Below the pieces are notes generated by a model. The model saw only the letters and a program-made list of their open reading frames with translations, was not told where the DNA came from and made no database searches. A program made the position numbers and the translations under genes. A stretch of DNA of 64,000 bases from a bacterium (lineage in GTDB: Bacteria; Bacillota; Clostridia; Oscillospirales; Acutalibacteraceae): positions 4,770 to 68,769 of the forward strand of contig CAVAWW010000003.1 in assembly GCA_963592475.1 (NCBI GenBank), given 5' to 3'. How positions within the stretch are numbered: the stretch's first letter is position 1; each line of letters starts with the position of its first letter. Shown here piece by piece: positions 37,646 through 47,624 of this stretch.

Positions 37646-38604
37646 AAAGTTTTACTATAGGAAAAAACGACGCCAATCAGCGCGTTGACAAATTCATAAA
37701 AAAGACCGTTCCGAATCTTCCCGATTCACTGATGTACAAATACATCAGACTCAAGCGCATAAAGCTCAACGGCAAGCGGTGTGAAATATCCACGCGCCTG
37801 AAAGAAGGCGACAAAGTGGATATGTACATAAACGACGAATTTTTCGAGCAGCGGTTCGACAGATATGATTTCATGCACGCTTCGACTAATCTCACGGTCA
37901 TCTACGAAGACGAGAATATAATGCTGCTCGACAAAAAAGTCGGACTTCTTTCGCACCCGGACGAGCGCGAATACAACGACACACTGCTGACCAGAATCAA
38001 GCGGTATCTCTACGAAAAGGGCGAGTATGACCCGTCAGACGAAAACTCCTTTGCGCCGGCTCTAATAAACAGAATCGACCGCAACACGGGCGGAATAGTC
38101 ATGGCCGCAAAGAACGCGGAAGCCCTGAGAATCATGAACCAGAAGCTCAAGGACAGGGAAATAAAGAAATTCTACCTCTGTGTTGTCCACGGAACATTGA
38201 AGGAAAAAGAAGGCATTCTGCACGGTTGGCTGACAAAAGACGAAAAGAAGAATCTTGTCAAAGTATTCACCCGTCAGACAGACGGTTCTAAAGAAATAAA
38301 GACAAAATACCGCGTGCTCGCGGAAAATAAAAATATGAGCCTCGTTGAGGTCGAACTGCTGACGGGGCGCACACACCAGATAAGAGCTCATTTTGCGTCG
38401 ATAGGTCATCCCCTGCTCGGCGACGGAAAATACGGGCGCAACTCCATGAACAAGGAGAGCGGATATAAAAAGCAATTTCTGTATTCATACAAGCTCAGGT
38501 TTGACTTTGTCACCGATGCGCAGTCGCTCAACTATCTCAACGGCAAGCAGTTTGAAGTCAGGAATGTGTGGTTCAAAGACGCATTTCTTAACGGCGAGCT
38601 GTGA
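37642..38604 (+). CDS. RluA family pseudouridine synthase (RluC-like)
   Basis: S4 domain, NRIDRNTGG and TGRTHQIR. Confidence 0.9.
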   Translation: MKSFTIGKNDANQRVDKFIKKTVPNLPDSLMYKYIRLKRIKLNGKRCEISTRLKEGDKVDMYINDEFFEQRFDRYDFMHASTNLTVIYEDENIMLLDKKVGLLSHPDEREYNDTLLTRIKRYLYEKGEYDPSDENSFAPALINRIDRNTGGIVMAAKNAEALRIMNQKLKDREIKKFYLCVVHGTLKEKEGILHGWLTKDEKKNLVKVFTRQTDGSKEIKTKYRVLAENKNMSLVEVELLTGRTHQIRAHFASIGHPLLGDGKYGRNSMNKESGYKKQFLYSYKLRFDFVTDAQSLNYLNGKQFEVRNVWFKDAFLNGEL

Positions 38605-38642
38605 TTTGATTATGAACTAACTATAAAACTTGCAAATTCGGC

Positions 38643-38671
38643 TTGTCAAAACTAATAAAATAGTATAGAAT
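38643..38671 (+). promoter_or_regulatory. SigA-type promoter for the PPIase gene
   Basis: TTGTCA-N17-TAGAAT. Confidence 0.55.
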
Positions 38672-38729
38672 AAGAATGTTATAGACCGTCAGGTCAAATC
38701 AACCTTAACAAAGAAAAGGATGAAAAAGA

Positions 38730-40412
38730 ATGGCAAACAAAGACACTCAGCGGACTTCTGCCGAGTCATACCGTGACGACAGAAAGGCCCGCCTCGCTCA
38801 GTCTGCGAAAAAGAGTCAGAAAAAGAGCGAGAAGAGCAAAGCGGCGGCAAAGATAGTCAAGATGGTAGTTGCCATCGTTCTCGCCGTTGTAGTTGCAGGC
38901 GGCATCGTATGGAAAATTCTTGACGATACTGCCGTTATCAAGAAGAATACCACCGTATTCTCCGTTGGCGATGACATACGCGTTTCGGAAGTTGAGTTTA
39001 CATATTACTACAGCCAGTATCTCAACAATATCTACTCATACGCTCAGCAGTACGCAATGTACGGCATGAACATCGGCATTGACCCGACAAAGTCGCCGGA
39101 TGAGCAGAACTACGGCACCGATGCCGACGGAAAAGAAATGCTTCTTTCCGATTATCTCAAGAATGAGACCATCTCCGCCCTCCAGACCTACAAGATTCTC
39201 TATGCCGAAGCTATCAAGGCAGGCTACAAGCTCACAGACGACGAGCAGAAATCAATTGACGATCAGGTCGAGGAGCTCAGAAATACCGCCGCAGAGAAGA
39301 AATACTCTCTCAACGCCTACCTCAAGGCGAGCTACGGCAAGGGTATAAACGAGAAGTTCCTGCGCAAGCAGCTTGAGATGCAGAATATCGTTTCCAGATA
39401 CCAGAGCGACATCTCAAAGAAGCTCACCGATTCTTACAGCGCCGCCGACATAAAAGCTGTCTACGACAAGGATCCCGGCGCATATAACGCGGTTGACGCA
39501 AGAACCCTTTCGTTCGCGATAGAAACTCTCACCGCAAAGGACGGCGAGTCCGACGAACAGCTTGCCACCCGCCAGAAGGCAGCTGCCGCAAAGGTCAAGT
39601 CTGAAGCAGAAGCCGCTCTCAAAGCCTGCACCAGCGAAAAGGCTTTCCTTGAGCAGGCAAAGAAAAAGAACAGCTCCACCGAAAACTATGACGCGGAGTC
39701 CGCAACCGCCCTCAACGAGGCCGCAAAGTCAACCATCACCTCCTATGTCTCCGAGGATGCCGCTAAGTGGGCATTTGACAGCGCAAGAAAATCCGGCGAT
39801 GTCAAGCTCTTTGAGGTCGGCAGCGACGGCAATGTAACTTCCTATGTTATCCTCTACATCAACAAGGGCAGCTACGCTCCCATGGCGGCGAATGTAAGAC
39901 ATATACTTATTTCTTTCACCGATGACACCAGCTCCAGCTCAGAGGCTACCGACGAGCAGAAGAAGGCGGCAAAGGCTTCCGCAGAAGAGATCTACAAGCA
40001 GTGGCAGAGCGGTGCAAAGACCGAGGATTCGTTCGCAGCTCTTGCAAAAGAGAAGTCTAAGGACACCGGAAGCGCAGCAGACGGCGGACTTATCAGCGGC
40101 ATCACTGCAAACTCCAACTATGTTGAGTCTTTCCGCAACTGGGCTACCGACAGCAGCAGAAAGGTCGGCGACACCGGCATAATCGAGTCCGAGTACGGTT
40201 ATCACATCATGTTCTATTCGGGCAAGGATTACGCCTGGAAGAGCACAATTCGCTCCAAGAAGTCCAGCGAGGACTTTGAGAAGAAGCTGACCGAGCTTGA
40301 GGGCTCCGATGAGTACAAGCTCGAGAAGAACGACAAGAAGCTTGACAAGGCTCTCAAGTCTTACCTCAAATCTTTCAAGCAGCGCCTCGCAATGAGCAAC
40401 AGCAGCAAATAA
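38730..40412 (+). CDS. Membrane-anchored SurA/PrsA-type peptidyl-prolyl isomerase (parvulin)
   Basis: One TM helix, SurA-like helical domain, VRHILI, FAALAKEKSKD..GG and YGYHIM motifs. Confidence 0.9.
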   Translation: MANKDTQRTSAESYRDDRKARLAQSAKKSQKKSEKSKAAAKIVKMVVAIVLAVVVAGGIVWKILDDTAVIKKNTTVFSVGDDIRVSEVEFTYYYSQYLNNIYSYAQQYAMYGMNIGIDPTKSPDEQNYGTDADGKEMLLSDYLKNETISALQTYKILYAEAIKAGYKLTDDEQKSIDDQVEELRNTAAEKKYSLNAYLKASYGKGINEKFLRKQLEMQNIVSRYQSDISKKLTDSYSAADIKAVYDKDPGAYNAVDARTLSFAIETLTAKDGESDEQLATRQKAAAAKVKSEAEAALKACTSEKAFLEQAKKKNSSTENYDAESATALNEAAKSTITSYVSEDAAKWAFDSARKSGDVKLFEVGSDGNVTSYVILYINKGSYAPMAANVRHILISFTDDTSSSSEATDEQKKAAKASAEEIYKQWQSGAKTEDSFAALAKEKSKDTGSAADGGLISGITANSNYVESFRNWATDSSRKVGDTGIIESEYGYHIMFYSGKDYAWKSTIRSKKSSEDFEKKLTELEGSDEYKLEKNDKKLDKALKSYLKSFKQRLAMSNSSK

Positions 40413-40429
40413 GCAATAGAATAACAAAT

Positions 40430-40464
40430 GTCCCTCGGGAGGTAAAACTTCCGAGGGATTTTTT
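40430..40464 (+). terminator. Rho-independent terminator after the PPIase gene
   Basis: TCCCTCGGGAG / CTTCCGAGGGA hairpin followed by TTTTTT. Confidence 0.8.
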
Positions 40465-40509
40465 CGTGCATAAAACAAGCCCGGGACTTTTACATCCCGA
40501 GCTATACTT

Positions 40510-41874
40510 TTATTCGTCCGCAAGAGCGGCTTTTATCATTATCGCACACTCAAGTCTCTTCTGTTCGAGAGCGCAGGAGAGCTTGTGCGGCTTGAAGATA
40601 GTGTTGTTATACTGCATATTATTTGCGTTGCACCCGCCGCTGCAATAGAACTTCGCCCAGCAATCGGCGCACTCTTCTTTTGAGTAGATGTTCGCCTTAG
40701 AGAACATCTTCTTCATCTTGTAGTCGATAGAATCGTCAAGCACGCTGCCCATCTTCCACTCATCCATACCCACAAACTGATGACAGGGATAGATATCGCC
40801 CTCGGGAGTGACGGCGACATACTCGTTGCCGCAGCTGCATCCGCGAAGTCTCTTTATAGCGCACGGACCCTGATCAAGGTCAATCATGAAATGGAAGAAG
40901 TTGAAGCTCGTACCGTTTTTCTTCCGCTCTATAAGTATCTTTGAAAGCTTCTCATATTCCTCTGCGATAGCCGGAAGATCACTTTCGGTCAGCGCATAAG
41001 GCAGCTCGGGATCTGTCACAACGGGTTCGACAGAGATCTGGTCAAATCCAAGCTCGTTGAGATGCATGACATCATCGGTGAAGTCAAGATTATATTTAGT
41101 AAATGTACCGCGGACATAATATTCCTTGTCCCCTCTCTCGGCGACAAGCTTCTGATACTTCGGAACGATTATGTCGTAGCTGCCCTTCTTGTTGACGGTC
41201 GGGCGCAGACGGTCGTTTACTTCTTTTCTGCCGTCGAGCGAGAGAACGACGTTCGACATCTCGCGGTTGATAAAATCGATACTATCATCGTCGAGCAGAA
41301 TACCGTTTGTAGTCATTGTAAAACGGAAATTCTTGTTGTGCTCTTTCTCGATCGACCTTGCATACTCAACAACTTTTTTCACGACATCGAGATTCATAAG
41401 CGGCTCGCCGCCGAAGAAATCAAGCTCGAGATTATGTCTGTTTGCGGAATGTTTGATAAGGAAATCTATCGCGGCCTTGCCGACCTCAAAAGGCATGAGC
41501 TTTCTGCCGTGGCCGAAGTCGCCCTGAGCGGCAAAGCAATACTCACAGCGGAGATTGCAGTCATGGGATATGTTGAGGCACATCGACTTTATCGGAGCCT
41601 CAGTGAGCATATCCGCAAAGGGTCTGTAGGTATCCTCTGAGAAAAGGGAATCATCATCGCACAGCGCCTTGAGTTCGGCATAAGTGTCGATGATATCCCG
41701 CTTATCAAAGCCCTCATTTACAAGAGTTGAGATAATCTCATCGGGACATTCGCCCTTGAGCTTTTCCGTGAAGAAGTCAAGCAGTCTGTATGCAAGCTCG
41801 TCCACAATGTGAACGGCGCCGCTGTTTGTGTCAATGACTATATAGTAGCCGTTGAGAAAATATTTATGTATCAT
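40510..41874 (-). CDS. scfB: SCIFF (ranthipeptide) radical SAM/SPASM maturase
   Basis: MIHKY N-terminus, CNLRCEYC, DFFGGEP, GPCAIKRLRGC, YPCHQF and CWAKFYCSGGC; adjacent to scfA. Confidence 0.95.
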   Translation of the reverse strand: MIHKYFLNGYYIVIDTNSGAVHIVDELAYRLLDFFTEKLKGECPDEIISTLVNEGFDKRDIIDTYAELKALCDDDSLFSEDTYRPFADMLTEAPIKSMCLNISHDCNLRCEYCFAAQGDFGHGRKLMPFEVGKAAIDFLIKHSANRHNLELDFFGGEPLMNLDVVKKVVEYARSIEKEHNKNFRFTMTTNGILLDDDSIDFINREMSNVVLSLDGRKEVNDRLRPTVNKKGSYDIIVPKYQKLVAERGDKEYYVRGTFTKYNLDFTDDVMHLNELGFDQISVEPVVTDPELPYALTESDLPAIAEEYEKLSKILIERKKNGTSFNFFHFMIDLDQGPCAIKRLRGCSCGNEYVAVTPEGDIYPCHQFVGMDEWKMGSVLDDSIDYKMKKMFSKANIYSKEECADCWAKFYCSGGCNANNMQYNNTIFKPHKLSCALEQKRLECAIMIKAALADE

Positions 41875-41944
41875 ATACGCCGGGTCTCCCCGCTTTCGCT
41901 CCTTTTAGCCGCATTACTATCGGCAAATTGTTTCAGACAGAATT

Positions 41945-41973
41945 TTAGGGACAGGCGCAAAGCCTGCCCCTAA
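41945..41973 (-). terminator. Hairpin between scfA and scfB
   Basis: TTAGGG(A)CAGGC / GCCTG(C)CCCTAA near-perfect inverted repeat 17 nt after the scfA stop; no clean U-tract on the minus strand. Confidence 0.55.
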
Positions 41974-41990
41974 TTTACGTTCAAATCAGA

Positions 41991-42128
41991 TTACTTCTCG
42001 CACTTCTGGTTAGCAACGGTGCAGGAAGTCTTGCAAGCTGACTGGCAGGAAGCCTGGCACTCGCCGCAGCCGCCCTTAGCAGCGCTCTCTTTAAGATTCG
42101 AAGCATTGATGGTCTTGATGTGTTTCAT
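41991..42128 (-). CDS. scfA: Six-cysteine ranthipeptide precursor SCIFF (45 aa)
   Basis: Not in ORF track. Hand translation MKHIKTINASNLKESAAKGGCGECQASCQSACKTSCTVANQKCEK; RBS GGAGGTG. Confidence 0.97.
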   Translation of the reverse strand: MKHIKTINASNLKESAAKGGCGECQASCQSACKTSCTVANQKCEK

Positions 42129-42158
42129 GATATAACACCTCCAAAATTTACTGAAATG

Positions 42159-42187
42159 ATTATAACATAATAGTCCGGGTATTGCAA
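42159..42187 (-). promoter_or_regulatory. SigA-type promoter with extended -10 for scfAB
   Basis: TTGCAA-N17-TATAAT with TG extension. Confidence 0.7.
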
Positions 42188-42193
42188 GTGCAA

Positions 42194-42823
42194 TTATTTC
42201 GTGCCGAAGATTCTGTCGCCGGCATCACCGAGACCGGGAACGATATAGCCGTGATCGTTGAGCTTCTCGTCCTTTGCAGCGGCGAAGATATCAACATCGG
42301 GATGAGCCTTGCTGAGAGCCTCAAGTCCCTCGGGAGCCGCAATGATGCACATGAACTTTATCGACTTGGGATTTCTCTTCTTAATCTGGGTTATAGCATC
42401 GATAGCCGAGCCGCCGGTGGCAAGCATGGGATCGAGAACAATAACATCGCGCTCACCGATATCACTGGGCAGCTTGCAATAATATTCAACAGGCTGCAGG
42501 GTTGCGGGGTCGCGGTAAAGACCGATGTGACCGACTCTGGCGGAAGGAACAAGGGTCAGAACACCGTCAACCATACCGAGACCGGCTCTGAGAATCGGGA
42601 CAAAAGCGAGCTTCTTGCCCGCAAGAGCCTTTGTGGTCATCTTGGAAACGGGAGTCTCAATCTCAACATCCTTGAGAGGAAGGTCCCTTGTAGCCTCGTA
42701 GCACATGAGCATAGCAATCTCGCCAACAAGAGTGCGAAACTCTTTGGAAGCGGTGTGCTTGTCTCTGAGGATAGACAGCTTATGCTGAATAAGCGGGTGA
42801 TTTGTTATTGTTATGTTTGCCAT
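42194..42823 (-). CDS. upp: Uracil phosphoribosyltransferase
   Basis: [26 protein letters not shown] and PGLGDAGDR motifs. Confidence 0.97.
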   Translation of the reverse strand: MANITITNHPLIQHKLSILRDKHTASKEFRTLVGEIAMLMCYEATRDLPLKDVEIETPVSKMTTKALAGKKLAFVPILRAGLGMVDGVLTLVPSARVGHIGLYRDPATLQPVEYYCKLPSDIGERDVIVLDPMLATGGSAIDAITQIKKRNPKSIKFMCIIAAPEGLEALSKAHPDVDIFAAAKDEKLNDHGYIVPGLGDAGDRIFGTK

Positions 42824-42869
42824 TTTTGAACTCCTCCAGATATATATAATTTGAAAATTTCTGACTTCT

Positions 42870-43322
42870 TTATTTTGAGAACTTCTCGTTCTCTATAGCC
42901 ATGACCTGGTCGATTCTTCTCTGGTGTCTCTCCTCGCCGCTGAAAGGCGTGTCAACAAAGAGATCGACCATATCAAGCGCAAGACCTGCGCCTATAACTC
43001 TGCTGCCGAGGCAAAGGACATTTGCGTCGTTATGGAGTCTTGTCATGCGCGCGGAGAAAGTATCTGCGCAGTTTGCAGCTCTGACTCCTCTGACCTTATT
43101 TGCCGCCATCGAGATGCCGACGCCGGTACCGCAACAGAAAATGCCGAGCTTGCACTCGCCGGACGCGACTGCCTCGCCCGCTATCTTCGCGAAAACAGCA
43201 TAGTCAACGGACTTGTCGCTGTCAGTTCCGAAGTCCTTGACATCGAAGCCTCTCTCCAAAAGATGTTTTTTGATTTCCTCCTTGAGAGGATATCCTGCAT
43301 GGTCAGCAGCAAGAGCTATCAT
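42870..43322 (-). CDS. rpiB: Ribose-5-phosphate isomerase B
   Basis: [22 protein letters not shown] and RHQRR motifs. Confidence 0.95.
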   Translation of the reverse strand: MIALAADHAGYPLKEEIKKHLLERGFDVKDFGTDSDKSVDYAVFAKIAGEAVASGECKLGIFCCGTGVGISMAANKVRGVRAANCADTFSARMTRLHNDANVLCLGSRVIGAGLALDMVDLFVDTPFSGEERHQRRIDQVMAIENEKFSK

Positions 43323-43341
43323 GATAATTTCTCCTTTTGAT

Positions 43342-44046
43342 TTATTGATTATGAGACTTTTTCAGGCTGAGTTCGCGCTCCGCCTGCGAAGGTCTCAGAT
43401 ATACGGGCAAAAGTTGAGCCGGAGGAATGAAGTCCATATTCTCGCACACGGCGGCGCAAGCGGCTCCGTATGCACGCTGAAAACGCCTACTGCCCTGCGC
43501 GAGGCTAACGCTCTTAAAACTGTCTTTAACAGCCTGATAAGCGATATGCGCTCCGTCTCCGACACAAATTATACGCTCATTTGCATATTTTTCAAGTATT
43601 TCCGGAAGTTTTGATGCGGGAATTGCGTCATCTTCGGTCAATCTCTCGACTTTTCCGTCAAAACAGCGGAATATTGCTGAATAGACCTGCGAACATCTTG
43701 CATCCATTGCACAGCAGGCAATGCAGTTATCATAGCGCAGATTATAAGCCATCGCCTTGAGAGTGGACACGCCGCAGCACTTCGTCTCATTGGGCATTGC
43801 AAGCCCCTTCACGGCGGCGGTACCTATTCTTATACCAGTAAACGAACCGGGACCGTCGGTTATAACGCATCCGTCAATATCTGACATTGTGAGGCATGCG
43901 AGGCTGAGAACGGAATCGACCATAGGAAGAAGAGTCTCACTGTGCGTGAGTCCGGCATTGACAAACGCTTCGCTTATCAGCTGCTCGCCGTCGGTTATAG
44001 CGGCGCTCGCTGTTTTTGCGGACGAATCAAGCGCGAGTATCTTCAA
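43342..44046 (-). CDS. tsaB: t6A biosynthesis protein TsaB
   Basis: ILALDSS, HSETL, GPGSFTGIRIG, DAR and PVYLR motifs; start is TTG 44046 or GTG 44055. Confidence 0.95.
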   Translation of the reverse strand: MKILALDSSAKTASAAITDGEQLISEAFVNAGLTHSETLLPMVDSVLSLACLTMSDIDGCVITDGPGSFTGIRIGTAAVKGLAMPNETKCCGVSTLKAMAYNLRYDNCIACCAMDARCSQVYSAIFRCFDGKVERLTEDDAIPASKLPEILEKYANERIICVGDGAHIAYQAVKDSFKSVSLAQGSRRFQRAYGAACAAVCENMDFIPPAQLLPVYLRPSQAERELSLKKSHNQ

Positions 44047-44473
44047 TTTCAGCACCCCTCTCCAAAGTAATTATGCGTTCATTCTCGTTATCATTCTTGG
44101 ATATTGAAACTCTTATCGAATTTTCGGGCAGACAGTTCTCGATATTTTCGCTCCACTCAATCACGAGCACACCGCCCATGTCAAGATAATCAAAAAATCC
44201 GGTTGAATAAAGATCGTCCCAGGTAGTAATCCTGTACATGTCAAAATGATAAATCGGTATATCCGCCGGATATTCATGCACAAGCGCAAAGGTCGGGCTG
44301 CTGACTTCGCCGTCAAAGCCCATTCCGTGTGCGAGTCCTCTGGTAAACGCAGTCTTGCCTGCGCCGAGATCACCGAACAGGGCGACAACATCCCCGGCTT
44401 TGAGGCTTTTGCCGAGCTGAGAGCCGAACTCCTCGGTCTGTTTTGAAGAATAAGAATGAAAAACCGTCTTCAT
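44027..44473 (-). CDS. tsaE: t6A biosynthesis ATPase TsaE
   Basis: GDLGAGKT, SPTF, HFDMYR and IEW motifs. Confidence 0.95.
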   Translation of the reverse strand: MKTVFHSYSSKQTEEFGSQLGKSLKAGDVVALFGDLGAGKTAFTRGLAHGMGFDGEVSSPTFALVHEYPADIPIYHFDMYRITTWDDLYSTGFFDYLDMGGVLVIEWSENIENCLPENSIRVSISKNDNENERIITLERGAEIEDTRA

Positions 44474-44603
44474 CTGAAAAATACCGCTGCCTTGCATTAA
44501 ATTCAAATAATTATATCACACAAATCAAAGATATAAAAGTATTTTACTTGAATTTGATTAAATTTCGCTTTATAATATCAGTATAATTTCTAAGGAGCTG
44601 CCA

Positions 44604-45788
44604 ATGAACATACTTCAGGCAATCAAAAGAGGATTAAAAACTACGGACAAACTGCTGATGTCGCTCTGCCTTCTGACATCGCTGTTCGGCGTTCTTATGG
44701 TCTACAGCGCCACATACAGCAGCCTTGAGGACGGAAGCCTTATCAGCCGTACGACGCTTGTCATGCTGCTCGCAGTGATTGTCGGTGTGGCGATGTGCAT
44801 AGTCATATCATTTATCGACTATGAAATAGTTCTTCGCTTCTGGATGATAATCGGCGGCGTGTGCCTGCTGATGATGCTTCTGCTTTTCCCGTTCGGCAGC
44901 GGAACAGCAGACAGACCGGATGCAAGAACATGGTTCGATTTCAAAGTCATCAACTTCCAGCCGTCCGAGCTTTTCAAGATAGCGTTTATAATAACATTCG
45001 CCGTTCATCTCGACTATGTCGGCGAAGATATAAACAAACTCAAGAACGCTCTGCTTCTCTGTGTTCACGGCGGAGTTCCGGCATTGCTTGTCATTCTGAC
45101 CGGCGACCTCGGCTCTGCGCTCGTATTCGTTTCGATATTCATCGGTATGATGTTTGCATCGGGTCTTGCCGCAAGATATTTTGCGGCTGCAGGAGCTGTA
45201 ATCCTTGCGGCGGTTCCCGTGCTCTGGTTCGCATTCTTCAGCGACTTCCAGAAGGGCCGTATTCTTGCCGTATATGCCCCGAGCAAGCTTGACACGGCGC
45301 TTTATAAGAAATACATCTTTCAGCAGCAGCAAAGCGTCAACGCCATCGGCAGCGGAAGATTTTTCGGTCGAGGATTCCTTAAAGGCGCATATACCCAGTC
45401 ACACTCTGTTCCTGTCAACGACAGTGATATGATATTCTCGGTTATCGGCGAAGAGCTCGGATTTGTCGGCGCTTTTGCAGCTCTTGCGCTTATAGCGCTG
45501 ATAATAGTCAAGATAGTATTTGTCGGCAAACAGGCTAACACAAATATGGGTTCGCTCATCTGCTACGGCACTGCGGTTATGATAGGCTCGCAGGCTATCA
45601 TGAATATCGGAATGTGTTTAAAGCTTCTCCCCTGCATCGGTATCACTCTGCCGTTTTTCAGTTCAGGCGGCTCCTCAAACCTCTGCATATATATCGCGAT
45701 AGGACTTGTCATGAGCATCTACAGATGCAGTCAGCGCGGTGAGGTAACAAACTTCAGATATAACAGGATAAGCACACCTTTCAACTAA
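44604..45788 (+). CDS. FtsW/RodA/SpoVE (SEDS) family protein
   Basis: Multi-TM; FQPSELFK, DLGS, DMIFSVIGEELG and GITLPFFSSGGSS motifs. Confidence 0.92.
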   Translation: MNILQAIKRGLKTTDKLLMSLCLLTSLFGVLMVYSATYSSLEDGSLISRTTLVMLLAVIVGVAMCIVISFIDYEIVLRFWMIIGGVCLLMMLLLFPFGSGTADRPDARTWFDFKVINFQPSELFKIAFIITFAVHLDYVGEDINKLKNALLLCVHGGVPALLVILTGDLGSALVFVSIFIGMMFASGLAARYFAAAGAVILAAVPVLWFAFFSDFQKGRILAVYAPSKLDTALYKKYIFQQQQSVNAIGSGRFFGRGFLKGAYTQSHSVPVNDSDMIFSVIGEELGFVGAFAALALIALIIVKIVFVGKQANTNMGSLICYGTAVMIGSQAIMNIGMCLKLLPCIGITLPFFSSGGSSNLCIYIAIGLVMSIYRCSQRGEVTNFRYNRISTPFN

Positions 45789-45849
45789 ACAAAAGACGCT
45801 GTACGAAACATTACAGCGTCATATTATATTTTCAGACAAGGAGATCAAA

Positions 45850-47469
45850 ATGAGTCAAGCAGTTAAACCCGTAAGAGGTTCAACGGAACAGCCCGACCAC
45901 ATAATGCTCAGCATAAAGGGCGACGCCGCAACCTCGATGACCGTCACCTGGAGAACCTGCACAGATATCAAGGAGGGCTATGTTCTCTACCGCGAGGACG
46001 GCAGCAGTGAAGTTATGCGCGCCGATGCGGCGACGGAAGTTTTCAAGAGCGACATCGACATAAGCAATATGTTCTGGGCAGACCTCACAGGGCTCAAGCC
46101 GGACACTAAATATTTCTACACCTGCGGCAATGACAAACACAGGAGCGAAGAATTCTATTTTTCAACCGCGCCCGAGAATCTCACGAAATTCAAATTCCTC
46201 TGTGTATCGGATCAGCAGAAGGGCGAGCCGTTTGACTGCCCGGACTATTCGCATTTCAACGGATTTGTCAAAGAAATGCTCGAAAAGAACCCAGACACGC
46301 GCTTCATTCTGACCGGCGGCGACAACACCGACTGCGGACAGCACGAGGTTCAGTGGAACGGAGCATTCAGCGGACTTATCGGAATATCCGAGCGCATCCC
46401 GTTTATGATGACTCTCGGCAACCACGACAACCGCGGATTCAAGGACTATAAAAATGCCATAGGCAGATATTACGCCGAGCCTGCGGAGTTCTTTGACAAC
46501 CAGTTCAAAGGCTCATATGCCTATAACGGTTCCGAGAACTGGAAAACGGAGAACTACACTTTTGACTACGGCAACGTGCATTTCGCAATAATCGGAATAA
46601 ACGGTCCCGAAGAAGTCAACGAATGGCTTATAAAAGACCTCGACGCCTGCGATAAGCAATGGAAAATAGGATCATATCATTTCCCGATATGCTATTCCGG
46701 CTCGGACTGCCAGAACTATGATGCTTATCCCGTCATGCGCGAGGGAATGGAAAAGCTTGACATACTCTTCTCGGGTCATGAGCACAATTTTTCAAGGAGC
46801 TTCCCGGTCAGAAACGAAGAAATTTTTGACAGACCGTCTCAGGGAACTATACACTATATGCTCGGCAACTCAAATCTGAATCCGCCCGGAACACGCGCCG
46901 TTCCGAAGGTCTGGCACAGTGCCTTCTATTCTCAGGAGGAGATGGTCTCTATGGTCGTTGTCGTCGAGGTTGACGGCCCGAAGATAACGCTTACCGCTCA
47001 TCTCAATGATGGGCGCATTGCCGACCGCTGTGTGATAAACAAAGAAACAGATTCAATTGACCCTCCCGCACTTGCACCTATATACAATACAACGCGAATG
47101 AAGTTCAAGGGCATGGATCTCGGCCTCTGCCAGTACACGACCCCGTGCGAGTTCAAAGACGGAATATGGTTCGCTCCCCTTTCCGTTCTCGTCGGATTCA
47201 TCGGCGGTGAGGTCAGAAAGACTCCCGGCAAAGTGTATCTTGACATTTACGGCCACAATGCGGAATTCACGCTTGACAGCGACGTGGCGCAGACCGACCG
47301 CGGCGAGCTCAAGCTTCCCGCAAAGGTCTACAGAGGCAAGAGAGATCAGCTCTACATACCGCTCGACGGAGTTAAGGCGTTTGAAATGCGCTGGGCATAT
47401 GCGCCGCGCAACAACTTTGTTTCCATAGAGCACGAGAGCGAAGACAAGCCGATAACCGTTCAGCCCTAA
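45850..47469 (+). CDS. Purple acid phosphatase-like metallophosphoesterase with C-terminal copper-amine-oxidase-N-like domain; no signal peptide
   Basis: FN3-like N-terminus; SDQQ, GGD, GNHD and SGHEH motifs; C-terminal WFAPL...LYIPL pattern. Confidence 0.82.
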   Translation: MSQAVKPVRGSTEQPDHIMLSIKGDAATSMTVTWRTCTDIKEGYVLYREDGSSEVMRADAATEVFKSDIDISNMFWADLTGLKPDTKYFYTCGNDKHRSEEFYFSTAPENLTKFKFLCVSDQQKGEPFDCPDYSHFNGFVKEMLEKNPDTRFILTGGDNTDCGQHEVQWNGAFSGLIGISERIPFMMTLGNHDNRGFKDYKNAIGRYYAEPAEFFDNQFKGSYAYNGSENWKTENYTFDYGNVHFAIIGINGPEEVNEWLIKDLDACDKQWKIGSYHFPICYSGSDCQNYDAYPVMREGMEKLDILFSGHEHNFSRSFPVRNEEIFDRPSQGTIHYMLGNSNLNPPGTRAVPKVWHSAFYSQEEMVSMVVVVEVDGPKITLTAHLNDGRIADRCVINKETDSIDPPALAPIYNTTRMKFKGMDLGLCQYTTPCEFKDGIWFAPLSVLVGFIGGEVRKTPGKVYLDIYGHNAEFTLDSDVAQTDRGELKLPAKVYRGKRDQLYIPLDGVKAFEMRWAYAPRNNFVSIEHESEDKPITVQP

Positions 47470-47480
47470 AAATATACAGC

Positions 47481-47519
47481 AAAACGCCGGACAGCGTACA
47501 CAGCCGTCCGGCGTTTTTT
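47481..47519. terminator. Bidirectional Rho-independent terminator
   Basis: AAAACGCCGGAC / GTCCGGCGTTTT inverted repeat between convergent genes. Confidence 0.85.
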
Positions 47520-47607
47520 ATGTTGTTTGTTCCTGCCGTTTTATTCCGAAAATGAGTCTGAGTATTCCGGAAAAAAGCTTAGGGCTTCTGACTACTACCA
47601 CTTTCAT
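47518..47607 (-). CDS. spoVM: Stage V sporulation protein SpoVM (29 aa)
   Basis: MKVVVVRSPKLFSGILRLIFGIKRQEQTT, with Pro9 and an amphipathic helix; RBS GAGGGTG; downstream of rsgA as in Bacillus. Confidence 0.85.
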   Translation of the reverse strand: MKVVVVRSPKLFSGILRLIFGIKRQEQTT

Positions 47608-47624
47608 CTCATTCTCACCCTCCG

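Noticed and set aside
38629..38641. CTTGCAAATTCGG shared with the aminotransferase promoter (about 13191-13203, minus strand)
   Set aside because: Only two copies, each overlapping a -35-like hexamer; cannot be distinguished from chance.
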